The notes: generated by a model from the sequence alone, not told the origin. A stretch of 64,000 nt of DNA from Octopus sinensis (GCF_006345805.1 NC_043000.1:156116001-156180000); one strand, 5' to 3'. Shown: positions 36,244-46,704, counted from the stretch's first letter. Numbers and translations: made by a program.

Positions 36244-36454
36244 CTATGTATATGTGTGTATATAATATATATAATATATTTATATATCGTATTCGTTTAT
36301 TTATCTCTTCATTCACTGATCCATTCTTTCTCTTTCTTTCCACCACACTTCTTATACAGGCCGTAAAAGTATGCGAATCATTCTACAGCAAATGTTTGAA
36401 GAAGAGATTAATGAATCAACCGGCAGAAAAATTACTCTGGATTCCGTAATGTGA
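1484..36454 (+). CDS. TPCN3: Two-pore channel (TPC3-like) gene, 5'-partial; 14 exons, 1779 nt = 592 aa + stop
   Basis: Exons join with consistent phases (13 introns: 12 GT-AG, 1 AT-AC). The protein has two pore domains (filters TTANNPDV and VVNQWH), an EF-hand-like linker, IIS4 RVLRLFK and a C-terminal LQQMFE. The VVNQW filter and IS5/IS6 sequence resemble TPC3 more than TPC1/2. Orthology needs a tree. Confidence 0.9.
1637..2028 (-). mobile_element. SINE family A, head + two bodies (dimer)
   Basis: Internal junction AAATA|GGTATTTCG at 1798/1799. Confidence 0.85.
2894..3118 (-). mobile_element. SINE family A
   Basis: Near-identical to the other A copies. Confidence 0.85.
3963..4310 (-). mobile_element. 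Dispersed repeat, probably the 3' region of a non-LTR retroelement
   Basis: Reverse-complement homolog of 47605-47955; that copy ends in an (AAT)n-like tail. Confidence 0.6.
4451..4552 (+). CDS. TPCN3: TPC3 exon: pore helix/filter I ([33 protein letters not shown])
   Basis: CAG acceptor; GTAAGT donor; phase 2 to 2. Not in the ORF track. Confidence 0.93.
5754..6135 (+). mobile_element. tRNA-derived SINE, family C head + tail X
   Basis: A-box TGGCCCAGTGG, B-box GTTTCGATTCC; near-identical inverted copy at 22819-23198. Confidence 0.85.
6235..6361 (+). CDS. TPCN3: TPC3 exon: IS6 ([14 protein letters not shown]...YNSYRDNLK)
   Basis: TTTCAG acceptor; GTAAGT donor; phase 2 to 0. Confidence 0.93.
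6400..6630 (-). mobile_element. SINE family A with about 16-bp TSD
   Basis: Flanks TTAAATATATGTAACC and TTAAAATACATGTAACC. Confidence 0.88.
7269..7470 (+). CDS. TPCN3: TPC3 exon: interdomain linker (NEVKDVVYG...LDTDKDGTI)
   Basis: CAG acceptor; GTGAGT donor; phase 0 to 1. Confidence 0.92.
8365..8509 (+). CDS. TPCN3: TPC3 exon: linker end ([15 protein letters not shown]...KVAVRH)
   Basis: TTTCCAG acceptor; GTGAGT donor; phase 1 to 2. Confidence 0.9.
8941..9137 (+). mobile_element. Mariner-derived MITE retaining the transposase C-terminus
   Basis: TA-CGAGGGGGTGCTGAAAAGTTCCTGG TIR; internal [22 protein letters not shown]; ends CCTCG-TA; inverted copy at 37406-37600. Confidence 0.65.
9408..9572 (+). 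CDS. TPCN3: TPC3 exon: IIS1-S2 ([15 protein letters not shown]...[11 protein letters not shown]...FWN)
   Basis: TACAG acceptor; GTAAGT donor; phase 2 to 2. Confidence 0.92.
9800..10170 (+). mobile_element. SINE family B (diverged)
   Basis: Similar to the 17269 copy. Confidence 0.7.
11316..11380 (+). CDS. TPCN3: TPC3 exon: IIS3 ([21 protein letters not shown])
   Basis: TTCAG acceptor; GTGAGC donor; phase 2 to 1. Confidence 0.88.
12864..12945 (+). CDS. TPCN3: TPC3 exon: IIS4 voltage sensor ([26 protein letters not shown])
   Basis: TTTCAG acceptor; GTGAGT donor; phase 1 to 2. Confidence 0.9.
13056..13395. repeat. Near-perfect palindrome (about 155-bp unique arms, 2-nt spacer) between (TA)n runs
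   Basis: 13071-13224 is the reverse complement of 13227-13380, with one mismatch seen. Confidence 0.95.
13830..14240 (-). mobile_element. SINE family B (rearranged)
   Basis: Reverse-complement tail and head of family B, with internal (TA)n. Confidence 0.7.
14978..16929. repeat. Compound microsatellite: (CT)n-type then (CA)n with higher-order 14-16-bp CACACAGACACACACG-like units
   Basis: Read directly; source of the 600-680-aa spurious ORFs. Confidence 0.95.
17269..17690 (+). mobile_element. tRNA-derived SINE, family B
   Basis: GGCGCAGGAGTGGCTGTGTGG head, CORE-like TTGGGCAAGT-type segment, internal (TA)n(TG)n, tail GGCCGCAGTCAAATGACTGAAAC. Confidence 0.88.
18075..18284 (+). mobile_element. 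RTE-clade LINE, 3'-terminal fragment
   Basis: [29 protein letters not shown]...[11 protein letters not shown] matches RTE ORF2 C-termini; short CAAGTGAT tandem tail. Confidence 0.75.
18673..19092 (+). mobile_element. SINE family B
   Basis: Near-identical to the 17269 copy. Confidence 0.88.
19272..19341 (+). CDS. TPCN3: TPC3 exon: IIS4-S5 linker ([23 protein letters not shown])
   Basis: TTTTAG acceptor; GTGAGT donor; phase 2 to 0. Confidence 0.9.
20006..20234 (-). mobile_element. Young SINE A nested in an older + strand SINE A (about 19870-20300)
   Basis: 16-bp duplication CGATAAAATAAGTACC at 19990-20005 and 20233-20248. Confidence 0.85.
20841..21160 (+). mobile_element. SINE family D head + tail X
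   Basis: GGCGCGTGGCTTAGTGG head, CCTTGAGCAAGACAC core, 3' part shared with family C. Confidence 0.82.
22453..22681 (+). CDS. TPCN3: TPC3 exon: IIS5 and pore II ([14 protein letters not shown]...ELTVVNQWH)
   Basis: CAG acceptor; ends at the U12-type donor ATATCCTTT (22682); phase 0 to 1. Confidence 0.92.
22682..23361 (+). other. U12-type (minor spliceosome) AT-AC intron
   Basis: 5' end ATATCCTTT. Branch-site-like TTTCCTTAC at 23344-23352, no polypyrimidine tract, terminal AC at 23360-23361. This junction restores the frame (CAC A|TT CTG = H-I-L). Confidence 0.9.
22819..23198 (-). mobile_element. SINE family C + tail X inside the AT-AC intron
   Basis: 12-bp TSD CAAACTCGTTTT at 22807-22818 and 23199-23210. 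Confidence 0.9.
23362..23452 (+). CDS. TPCN3: TPC3 exon: post-filter helix and IIS6 start ([29 protein letters not shown])
   Basis: AC acceptor; GTAAGT donor; phase 1 to 2, matching both neighbouring exons. Confidence 0.9.
24727..25219. repeat. GC-rich 18-bp minisatellite (GTTGACGACCGCCTGCCC), about 27 units
   Basis: Read directly; produces the VDDRLP/TTACPL repeat ORFs. Confidence 0.95.
26145..26261 (+). CDS. TPCN3: TPC3 exon: IIS6 end ([38 protein letters not shown])
   Basis: TTTCAG acceptor; GTAAGT donor; phase 2 to 2. Confidence 0.92.
26358..26758 (+). mobile_element. SINE family B
   Basis: Full-length copy. Confidence 0.88.
26771..27020 (+). mobile_element. SINE family D head + tail Y
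   Basis: D head/core followed by GCTGCGGTGGACTGGCG...GAAACCGGGCCCATGAG. Confidence 0.8.
27440..28560 (-). mobile_element. Degenerate LINE ORF2 endonuclease region (CR1/Jockey group)
   Basis: Frameshifted translation FCLFYCN..RCL...HLASSH...SFPEHQL...RFSCTH resembles AP-endonuclease N-termini; by eye only. Confidence 0.35.
27607..28186. repeat. Five near-identical 116-bp tandem units
   Basis: Unit starts at 27607, 27723, 27839, 27955 and 28071. Confidence 0.95.
28740..28990. mobile_element. MITE-like element with about 40-bp imperfect TIRs
   Basis: ATATCGTTGCTATTATG...GTCCAAA at the left end, inverted at the right end. Confidence 0.45.
29250..29441. mobile_element. Tc1/pogo-type MITE remnant
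   Basis: Imperfect TIRs CGTAAATACCGGTATACAAGATGCGC and GTGCATCTTATGCACCGGCAAATACGGTA. Confidence 0.45.
30026..30440 (+). mobile_element. SINE D + tail Y interrupted by a 159-bp insert
   Basis: Core split at CCATTTCACGTTG, which is duplicated. Confidence 0.8.
31789..31958 (+). CDS. TPCN3: TPC3 exon: C-terminal tail ([10 protein letters not shown]...GFRFHLKKH)
   Basis: TTTACAG acceptor; GTAAGA donor; phase 2 to 1; open in the required frame. Confidence 0.8.
33300..35250 (-). mobile_element. Highly degenerate LINE ORF2 (RT to C-terminus), interrupted by SINE B and (TG)n
   Basis: Patchy translations such as [12 protein letters not shown] and HHYTVS..TLWN-like; by eye only. Confidence 0.3.
34140..34488 (+). 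mobile_element. SINE family B, 5'-truncated
   Basis: Matches family B from CCAACCACATGG onward. Confidence 0.82.
36018..36245. repeat. (GTAT)n(GT)n microsatellite just upstream of the last TPC3 exon
   Basis: Read directly. Confidence 0.95.
36360..36454 (+). CDS. TPCN3: TPC3 last coding exon ([30 protein letters not shown])
   Basis: Pyrimidine tract + CAG acceptor; phase 1; LQQMFE motif; TGA at 36452-36454. Confidence 0.85.
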
Positions 36455-37340
36455 CATCACCAGTCTTCCATAGCCAACCAATCAGCTAACGCAAATTACG
36501 TCCTCTGCCCACATGATCTACGAACCATAATCGGAATTTCACTTTTTTTGTTATTGTTTTTCTTGGATAATTCACCAAAATCGTTTACTATCCAAATGTT
36601 CGACCACATTGAACTATTTAAACGTTCGTTTGTTCATTGGTTAATTATATACCAGATGACAAGTCTGTCTAGGCATGTCCTCTCAACTGTGAAAAGGTTC
36701 TGTGACTGGTTTAAAAAGAGCCCCTACAGGCACCAGAAGTTATTGACGAATGTTGTTAATCTTTTAGGGGGTTGTCAGTTGTGTGTTCGTATCTTCCCTT
36801 TGTTTAGAATTATTTAAATTGTGAGAGACCACATAGCTTTAGTTCTCTTGAAAGGAGTAAATCCTGCTTGGGTGTTTGATAGCGAACCACAAGGGTCGTT
36901 TACCCGCTAAATATAACAGTCGTCTCTCCTTCAAATCACAGCAACCGTCTTGGAAAAAGTAAAAGATACGTTTGTTAATGTAGTCTTAGACATACCAACA
37001 AAAAAAATAAATGGAATGCTCATGGCTCGAACGTCTTTGATAATAGACCTGGTTGAGCGGAACTGACCTATAATTAAACAATAATAACAACGTCGTTTAT
37101 CACTGATCACCTCGATCTGAACCGATCATCATGGGGCCAAACAGCGTCAATTAATTGATTAAACATGACACATTAGCAAAGAAAAACTAAATTTTTTATT
37201 TATTTCAAAGACAAAGACAAAGTAAGCATTCAAGGCTGGACATTTCATAAATGCGTTTGTTGACAGGAACAGTATTGCGTCAGACATTATGCTAAACAAT
37301 ATGGTGCCATTCTTTTCACATTCCAAGTTCTTAACGGCTG

Positions 37341-37346
37341 AATAAA
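37341..37346 (+). terminator. Candidate polyadenylation signal for TPC3
   Basis: AATAAA about 890 nt after the stop. Another lies at 37006-37011. Motif only. Confidence 0.25.
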
Positions 37347-37405
37347 TTGATATTCAGTAACATACTAGATATGGCATTTTTAATTCTATATACATACATT
37401 ACATA

Positions 37406-37600
37406 CGAGGTGGGGGTGGGGTGCTGAAAAATTCCTGGCTTTGGGTAAAACAAAATACAGGAGGATCAGTTGAATAAAATTATAATTAACGTATTTCCCT
37501 CTCAGGTTCCCACACTTATTGCAGCGTTCCTTCAGTTTTCCTAAGCTCTGTAAAAGAATTGGGAATGTCGGGCCTCCAACCCGGCTTTTCTCGATACCGT
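37406..37600 (-). mobile_element. Mariner-derived MITE (second copy)
   Basis: TA-CGAGG...GTGCTGAAAAATTCCTGG TIR; LGKLKERCNKCGNLRGKYV on the - strand. Confidence 0.65.
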
Positions 37601-37818
37601 TCACTGATGGAGACATAATTTTCTATGGCTTAACAAGAGAAAGGAAACCAGTACCTCTCACTTTTACAGAGCTTTCGTGAATAATGGAGAACGGGATGAA
37701 AGAAAAACGCCATGTCTGGTGTATTTCTGTTGTAGGTGCCAACTCAGTCCATAATAATGTTATCCTCGTAGAGGTAAAATCAGGCAGACTTATAATTATA
37801 TGTAAAAATAAATAAATA

Positions 37819-38240
37819 GGCGCAGGAGTGGCTGTTTGGTAAGTAGCTTGCTAACCAACCACATGGTTCCGGGTTCAGTCCCACTGCGTGGCATCTTGGG
37901 CACGTGTCTTCTGCTATAGCCCCGGGCCGACCAATGCCTTGTGAGTGGATTTGGTAGACGGAAACTGAAAGAAGCCTGTCGTATATATGTATATATATAT
38001 ATAAGTGTGTGTGAATATATTTGTGTGTCTGTGTTTGTTCTCCTAGCATTGCTTGACAACCGATGCTGGTGTGTTTACGTCCCCGTAACTTAGCGGTTCG
38101 GCAAAAGAGACCGATAGAATAAGTACTGGGCTTACAAAGAATAAGTCCCGGGGTCGATTTGCTCGACTAAAGGCGGTGCTCCAGCATGGCCGCAGTCAAA
38201 TGACTGAAACAAGTAAAAAGAGTAAAAAAAAGAAAAGAGT
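37819..38240 (+). mobile_element. SINE family B
   Basis: Full-length copy. Confidence 0.88.
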
Positions 38241-39149
38241 AAATAAAATTAAGACCTGCTTCACCACAATTACTCGGTAGTTAATGAGAATATCAAGAGA
38301 CGCTTCCTCCAACGTCATTGGAATCTCATTCTCTTTCTTTAAAATAATTAAGATAATCTTATTTTCTTCAGGTGAGACCTTGTATGGTTGCTTGCCATTC
38401 ACTAAAAGCACCTGAGGATCAGGTAGTGATATTAAAATAGGCAATGGATTAAGTTTACCGTCCAATTCCATAGTTTCGTTCTCACAAGTCTTGGATCTAT
38501 CCGATGGTATTGGAGAAGATATTTTTTTTAAAGATGCCGCGTGGTGCGATCTAACCAAGAACCACGAAATTGCAAAGTGAGCTTCTTAACCATGCCTTTT
38601 ATGCCTGCTTCATAGGTACAAACGTAGGTGCAAACATAATGCTATACTGATAGTCTCCTGGTATGTAATACATAGGCATTGTCTAATGTTGTCTCCTCGG
38701 CTATTCTTTTCCACATATGATTATATTTTTGCCTGCTCCTCCTGTACCTAGTCTTTCTTCAGAACAATCCAGCTAACTAAACGTATAAATACACTTTGGT
38801 TTAATGAAATAATTATATACATGGCATTCCAGTATGGCCATATCCCAGTAATCGGAACCAGTGTATAAGGAAATGAATTCATCAATCATCTGACTGATAA
38901 TTTGCTTCTCAGTTTTCAGCTGAATTTTTCTGGATCTTACAAGCTCTTAGTAAGCATTAACAGGCTGAAGAGTTCTCAAGTTTTCATCTCGACTCTGGTA
39001 CAGTATTCAACTAAAGACAAGATGTTTATTTCTCACTGATTCAGTTCGCCAGTCTTTGAATAGATATCTTTGTAAATAGCTAGGGTGCTGCATGATTAAC
39101 GAGAAGTCTCGAGGCCGTTACTTAGACGCTCATACTACAACATTGTTGA

Positions 39150-39330
39150 GCAAATTCTGTCAACGAAACGTCTTTGTGATACAGTCTAACTGAACAAATA
39201 AAAGCACAGCCTTTCCACATCTATTCACATTTAAAATATCTCCGAAATCTATACAATTCTCTACACACTCTAAACCTAATTCTCCAAAAGTAACTTCGAA
39301 GTTCTTGAAACGTTATTGTTTGACTGTATC
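39150..39330 (-). mobile_element. Degenerate RTE-like RT fragment
   Basis: FGELGLECVENCIDFGDILNVNRCGKAV resembles the RTE RT motif LECVDKFCYLGDM; weak. Confidence 0.3.
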
Positions 39331-39685
39331 TATACCATTTCATTGACGATCAAAATCTTTCGTAATTGAAACAATTAATAAAACATAAAACACTTCTTGC
39401 ATATCAAATCATTTAATGAGAAGTATGTGTCTTCGAGTCCCGCATTCTGCATCACTCATATTGTGAAATAACATTGTATTCATAAAAACAAATCATTCCC
39501 AAATTGTATTATTTCATCTATATTTTGCCCCGGTTTACATATGGAACGCCTTAACTATGGAACGAATACATAATCTCTTATTACTATTTTTGTTATTCAT
39601 AAGACAAACATTTAATCTCTCACCTTCTCCAACTCCTCTCTCTCTCTCTCTCTCTTTTCCTCTCTTTTTTTATAATTTTACAGCT

Positions 39686-39955
39686 TAGTGTTCCCAAAGT
39701 GGACGGTACTGCCCCTCTATGGGCGACGGAAAGACCAAGGAAAGTGGGGGTAATAATAGGGTGGCCAAAAAGGGGCGATGGATGTAACCCCTCTGTCCCC
39801 TAAATAATGGGTTAATTAGGTTGTCTTATTTGTGAAATACTGTTGTTTTGAATTTGCTGCAGAAAATGGTGTACATTTGTGGTGGGTGGGAGGAGCGCTA
39901 GGAATGTGGCTCGAGTGCCAAAGGGGTGGCAGCCCGAAAAATTTGGGAAGCACTG
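39686..39955. mobile_element. hAT-type MITE remnant
   Basis: TIRs TAGTGTTCCCAAA / TTTGGGAAGCACTG; no clean 8-bp TSD. Confidence 0.5.
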
Positions 39956-40711
39956 TAGTAGTTGCAGTACTTCATTTACTGGAACTATCAGTTCCACTAA
40001 ACGAAGTCCAGTTATACGCATTTTCTTCAATGTCGTAAAAATAAATATCAAGTATACAAAGTAGAATAATTTTAGAAATAGTTTATATCTTTGATTTCAC
40101 TCCTTAATTAAAATTGCTTTACTACTTGATTTAACGATAAACGATTGATAACTCACAGAATAGAAGAGGTGATAAGTGTATAAAAAATGAATATATTTTC
40201 AAAGATGTTTTTTTCCGTAGACTGCGATTTTAGGACACAAGACCAGCAATTCCAGGGGAGAGGTAAGTTGATTACATCTACCCCAGTGCTCAATTGGCAT
40301 TTATTTCATCAACTCCGAAAAGATGAAAGGCAAAGTTGGCTTCGGCGGCATTTGAACTCAGAACGATAAGACAGATGAAATGCTACTAAGCATTTTGCCT
40401 AACGATTCTGCCAACTCGCCGCCCTAGGACTTACATCGTATTGAAAAAAAAAAAATGGTTAAAAATATATATTCTTTTCTAATCTAGATACAAGGCCCAA
40501 AATGTTTTGGGGAGGGGGCAATCGATTATATCGATCCAGTACGCAACTGGTACTAAATTATCGACAAGGATATCCTTGTTGCTTATTTGATTATTATCAC
40601 CCCATTTTGAATTATATGGATAATACCATACTAAATTCTGGTGCCTTTAACTTAAGTACCATATTCAACTGAATCTAAATTTTTATTGAACTTATGATAC
40701 CATACTTTGTG

Positions 40712-40742
<31 letters not shown>

Positions 40743-41309
40743 GCATATATATGTGCATGACGCAGTTATTGAATTTGCACTATTTTTAAACGAAACTTCA
40801 TAAAATAACAGCCTGTGTGTGTGTCTGTATTTAACTAACGAATATATATTGTTGTGTCGTGACTCCACCGATTCTGTTTTTATGTTGTGGGTTTCTTCGC
40901 TGCCGAAATAACAGGAAGATTCGAAATAGAAGCTGACCTTATTTTTTTTGACATCTTAAAGGTCAGCATGAAAATGTCAGTAATATTCGGAGTTGGTCAC
41001 AGACGCTACTTACAGGAGAAACTTCAACAATTTCGTACATTAAAATAGTGGACAGTCTATTTTCATGCTTGTAATAATTATATTTTCTACCCGCATTCCT
41101 CGCATATTTCCCATCCTCTCTCTCTATCTCTCTCACTCCCGTTTCCCTTTCTTGTGTGTGCATGCAGATCTGTAAGCGGGGGGGGGGGTGTATGTGGGTG
41201 CATTGTGGGCATTTGAGAGTTCAATGCCTCTTACATGAAAATATACTAATATATTTGATATATACATAGAAATATATTAGTATTATTACACAAATACGCA
41301 CATGTTTGC

Positions 41310-41556
41310 GCATATATGTATGTATGTATATATATAAATGTGTATATATATATATTTATGTATATAGATATATATGTATATATGTATGTATATCTATGCA
41401 TGTATATATATGTATGTATATATTTGTATGTATATATATATATGCATATATATATGTGTATATATATGTATGTATATATGTATATATATGTATGTGTATG
41501 TATATATGTATGTGTATGTATGTGTATGTATGTATGTGTATGTATATATATGTATG

Positions 41557-41589
<33 letters not shown>

Positions 41590-43101
41590 GTATGTATGTG
41601 TATATGTATGTATATATGTATGTGTATATGTATGTATATATGTATGTGTATATGTATGTATATATATATATATGTGTGTGTGTGTATATATGTATATGTG
41701 TATATATATGTATATGTGTGTATATGTGTATATATGTGTATATATATGTATATATGTATATGTATATATGTATATGTATGTATATATATGTATATGTGTA
41801 TATATATGTATATATGTATATGTATATATATATATGTATATGTATATATATATATGTATGTATATATATGTATATGTATGTATATATATGTATATGTATG
41901 TATATATATGTATATGTATGTATATATATGTATATGTATGTATATATATATGTATATGTATGTATATATATATGTATATGTATGTATATATATATGTATA
42001 TGTATGTATATATATATGTATATATATGTATATGTATGTATATATATATGTATATGTATGTATATATATATGTATATGTATGTATATATATATGTATATG
42101 TATGTATATATATAATGTATATGTATGATATATATATGTATATGTATTATATATATATGTATATGTATGTATATATGTATATGTATGTATATATATATAT
42201 GTATATGTATGTATATATATAATGTATGTATGTATTTTATATGTATGTATGTATATGTATATGTATGTATGTATATGTATATGTATGTATGTATATGTAT
42301 ATGTATGTATGTATATATGTATATATGTATGTATATATGTATATATGTATGTATATATGTATGTATATATATATATTGTATGTATGTATGTATAATATAT
42401 GTATGTATGTATGTATATATATATGTATGTATGTATGTATATATATGTAATATATGTATGTATATATATATGTATATATGTATTATATATATGTATATAT
42501 GTATGTATATGTATGTATATATATTTATATATGTATGTATATATTAATGTATATATGTATGTATATATATTGTATATATGTATGTAATATATATGTATAT
42601 ATGTATGTATATATATATTGTATATATGTATGTTATATATATGTATATTTGATGTATGTATATATATATGTATATGTATGTATTATATATGTATATATTA
42701 TGTATATATATATGTATATATGGATGTATATATGTATGTTATATATTGTATATAGTATATATATATATTGTATATATATATGTATATATGTTATTATATA
42801 TATGTAATATGTATATATATGTATATATGTATATGTATATATGTATATATATATATGTATGTATATTGTATGTATATATATATTATAAGTATATATGTAT
42901 ATATGTATGTATATATATGTGTATGTATATATGTATGTAAATATATGTGTATGTATATATGTATGTATATATATGTGTATATATATGTGTATATATATAT
43001 GTATATATATATATGTGTATGTATATATGTATGTATATATGTATGTATATATGTATGTATATATGTATGTATATATGTATGTATATATGTATGTATATAT
43101 G

Positions 43102-43135
<34 letters not shown>

Positions 43136-43866
43136 TGTATGTATGTATGTGCATATGTATATGCATATGTATGTGCATATGTATGTGCATATGTATGTAT
43201 ATATGTATGTATATATGTATGTATGTGTGTGTGTGTATGTGTGTGTGTGTGTATGTGTGTGTGGTGGTGTGTATGTGTGTGTGGTGTATGTTGTGTGTGT
43301 GTGTGTGTGTGTGTATGTGTGTGTGGTGTGTATGTGTTGTGTGTGTGTATGGTGTGGTGGTGTGTGTGTTGTGTGTATGTGTGTGTGTGTGTATGTGTGT
43401 GTGTATGTGTGTGTGTGTGTATGTGTGTGTGTGTGTATGTGTGTGTGTGTGTATGTGTGTGTGTGTGTATGTGTGTGTGTGTGTATGTGTGTGTGTATGT
43501 ATGTGTGTGTGTATGTATGTGTGTGTGATGTGTATTGTATATGTATGTGTATATGTATGTGTATATGTATGTGTATATGTATGTGTATATGTATGTGTAT
43601 ATGTATGTGTGTATGTGTATATGTGTATGTGTATATGTGTGTATATGTATATGTGTGTATATATATATGTGTGTATATATATATGTGTGTATATATATAT
43701 GTATATGTATATGTATATATGTATATGTATATATGTATATGTATATGTATATATGTATATGTATATGTATATATGTATATGTATATATGTATATGTATAT
43801 ATATATGTATATATATGTATATATGTCTATATATATGTCTATATGTATTTATATATATATGTATAT
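41310..43866. repeat. About 2.5-kb compound (TA)/(TG)/(GTAT) microsatellite
   Basis: Read directly; its ORFs are artefacts. Confidence 0.95.
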
Positions 43867-44497
43867 CTAGCAGTATCGCCCGGCGTTGCTCGGGTTTGTA
43901 AGGGAAATAACTACATTTTTTAGAGAGTTATAGCCAAAAATAGCAAAAAATGCATTAAAAATGGAAAAATATGATGGTAAATTTTTTTTTAAATCGTTGA
44001 CTCATCGTAGACATTTTTAGAGAGTTACTTCCGTTATATAATAGCGAAAAAATGCATTAAAATTGAAAAAAAACGATGGTAACTTTTTTTTTAAATCGTA
44101 GACTCATGTAGACGCTTTCTTAGCCATTTCTGTTTTGGTGTCTTTCAAGCCATGAAGTCGTTGTTCTAAAAGAACGCTGGTCTCCTTGACAACGCATTAC
44201 GACGTTGATTTCCTTACACTCCCTTCCCCACAGGTGCAGGTGTGAGCGTGGACGCCAACTCCGCCACCATCGACACACGAAAAATTATACATTAAAATGG
44301 AATAAAAAATGATGTTAAATTATTTTTAAAATCGTAGACTCATCGTAGACGCGCGCTAATACTCAGACGGGCTCGATATGAATCACAACTATAAGATACC
44401 CGAATTTGGTTAAACTGCACCGCAAAATGTGGGAGTAGTTAGGAATCTAAATCGAAGGGGACAGACACTCACACAACTACAGTTTTATATATATAGA
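43867..44497 (-). mobile_element. Non-autonomous Helitron H1 (copy 2, expanded)
   Basis: 5' TC at 44497-44496; hairpin + CTAG at 43867-43870; extra internal units and a 165-bp insert. Confidence 0.78.
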
Positions 44498-44519
44498 TAT
44501 ACATAGCGCAGTAGTGGTG

Positions 44520-44865
44520 AGATGTGACAGCAAAAAAACATAATTCACTCTCTGCATGCAATTAGACTCGGAAAGTTCGTGAGGAACCCATTGACCCCAT
44601 TTTTGACTTTTCCGATAGCACACAGGTGTCAATGAATGGTTGAATGACCAAATCCAAAGCTTCTCTGCTAGTTCCTCAACAGTTACGATGATATTTTGTT
44701 CCACCAGGGTTTTCAGGATGTCCTTGTCGAGTTCTACAGATCTTTCAGGATGAGGCTCGTCTTCTAGGCTGTAGTTTATGGCTCGGGATTTCTGGAACCA
44801 CCATTGACACTGCCTTACGCTTATTGTCCAATCCCCATATACTGCATTATATTTCTGTACTTTGC
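44520..44865 (-). pseudogene. Mariner transposase N-terminal fragment
   Basis: HTH region YSLEDEPHPERSVELD..LKTLVEQN..VTVEELAEKL and the mariner WVPHEL motif; disrupted downstream. Confidence 0.85.
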
Positions 44866-45627
44866 ACACATATTGTTATATTCTGTTATTCTTTTATATG
44901 TTTCAGCCTTGAGTTGTGGCCATGCTGGATCATGTGTGTGTGTGTGTGTCTATCTGTCTGTCTGTCTGTATGTATATATGTATATGTTATGTGTGTGAAC
45001 AATAATATTTTCAACAGATGTGTTGCAAATGTATCTGATTGTTCTCAAGCTTCAATACTGTGTGTGTGTGTATGTATGTATGTATATTATGTATGTATGT
45101 ATATGTATGTATGTGTGTGTGTGTGTATTATGTATGTATGTATGAGTGTATGTTTACTTTATTACTACCAAAGCCACTACGGTTATTTAATGTAAAGTCT
45201 TCCTCAAATCACTCTCTCTCTCGCTATTTACTCTCTACCAAGAACATTTTCACTCACTCTTAGCTCTTAGCTTCCCATACATTTTACTCATGTATTTATC
45301 AGCGTCATAGACAGAATACTTTCAGTTTAGTCTTCCTCAAATCACTCTGTCGCTATTTATTTTCATTTTATTCGTTGCACACTGTGTGTGTGCGTTTGCG
45401 TGTGGTGTAAACCAGACTAAGAAAAGCATTTGACACACACACCAGAATGTGAGTTTTCTGTAAATTTTGCTTAATTAGAGTTTAAATTTTAAAAACTGGA
45501 CCTGGCATGACGCGATGCATTCTACTCTTAAAAATGCTAGGTAAATTGTAATTGAAGAAATCCTATATTGTAGATTTCTATAACTCCGAAAGGGAGGCAG
45601 ATAAAATCTGCCTTTTATAATAAGAGA

Positions 45628-45633
45628 TATATG

Positions 45634-45664
<31 letters not shown>

Positions 45665-45847
45665 GTATATATATATATGTATGTATATATATATATATGT
45701 ATGTATATTATATATGTATGTATAATATTATGTATTATGTATATATATGTATGTATGTATATATATATGTATGTATATATATATGTATGTATATATATAT
45801 GTATGTATGTATGTATATGTATGTATGTATATATATGTATGTATATG

Positions 45848-45916
<69 letters not shown>

Positions 45917-46014
45917 GTATGTATGTATATGTATGTATATATACATGTATGTATATATATATATGTATATATATATGTATGTATATATATTTGTATATAT
46001 ATGTAGCTATATAT
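45628..46014. repeat. (TA)/(GTAT) microsatellite
   Basis: Read directly. Confidence 0.95.
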
Positions 46015-46704
46015 ATAAATCCTTAAATCCTTAAAAATGTTTTAGCCCGAAGGCCGCGGCCATGCTGGGGCACCACCGCTGAATGAGCTACACTAATATG
46101 TGAATCCACCTCTGATACGTGGCACTTGATCAACAAGGGAGTTCGACGCTGCTGCCCGCATTTGCGTCTCTTGTCGTGAGGTAGGTTCATCTGGGACTCC
46201 CGACAAGAAGAGATCCAGTTTAGTTTTAAAGAAACCCACATCCAGGCATTTAGGGAGGATGTTAAAGAGCTGTGGTCCCCTGAAACCCAAGCTGTTGCAG
46301 TATCTGGACCTGTATTTTGATGGTGATGTTGGAATCTTTGGCACCATGCAATGGCGCCCCGTTCTGCGGTCGGGGTAACTTTGAATGCCAAAGTTTGGGA
46401 CAAGACCCTCCAGGATTTTCCAGATGTATATCACCGCATATCTCTCCGGCCTCCGCTCTAGGGAGAAGAGGTTTAATACCTTCAGTCTTTCCCAGTAGCT
46501 GATATTTTGCATTGAGACGATTTTCTTTGTGTAGCTTCTCTGAATTGCTTCGATTTCAGCTGTTAGTTTTATATTGTGTGGTGACCATAGTTGGGAGCAG
46601 TAGTCCAAGCGGCCGAGGACGAATGTTCTCCATAGGACCATCAATGTCTCCTTCTCTCTTGTTCTGAAAGTTCGGAGAATCCATCCAGCTAGCCGTCTGC
46701 ATTT
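46015..46704 (-). mobile_element. CR1/L2-group LINE, 5'-truncated (ORF2 C-terminus + 3' UTR)
   Basis: [11 protein letters not shown]...EAIQRSYTKKI...SYWERLKVLNLFSLERR; 3' stem-loop and (AAGGATTT)n tail. Confidence 0.85.

Noticed and set aside
38196-38558. 120-aa ORF on the - strand
   Set aside because: No recognisable motif or convincing splice context; a BLASTX search would settle it.
41306-43923. Many overlapping ORFs rich in Y/I/M/C/V
   Set aside because: TA/TG microsatellite artefacts; the same applies at 36.0, 45.6, 50.8, 56.0 and 58.4 kb.
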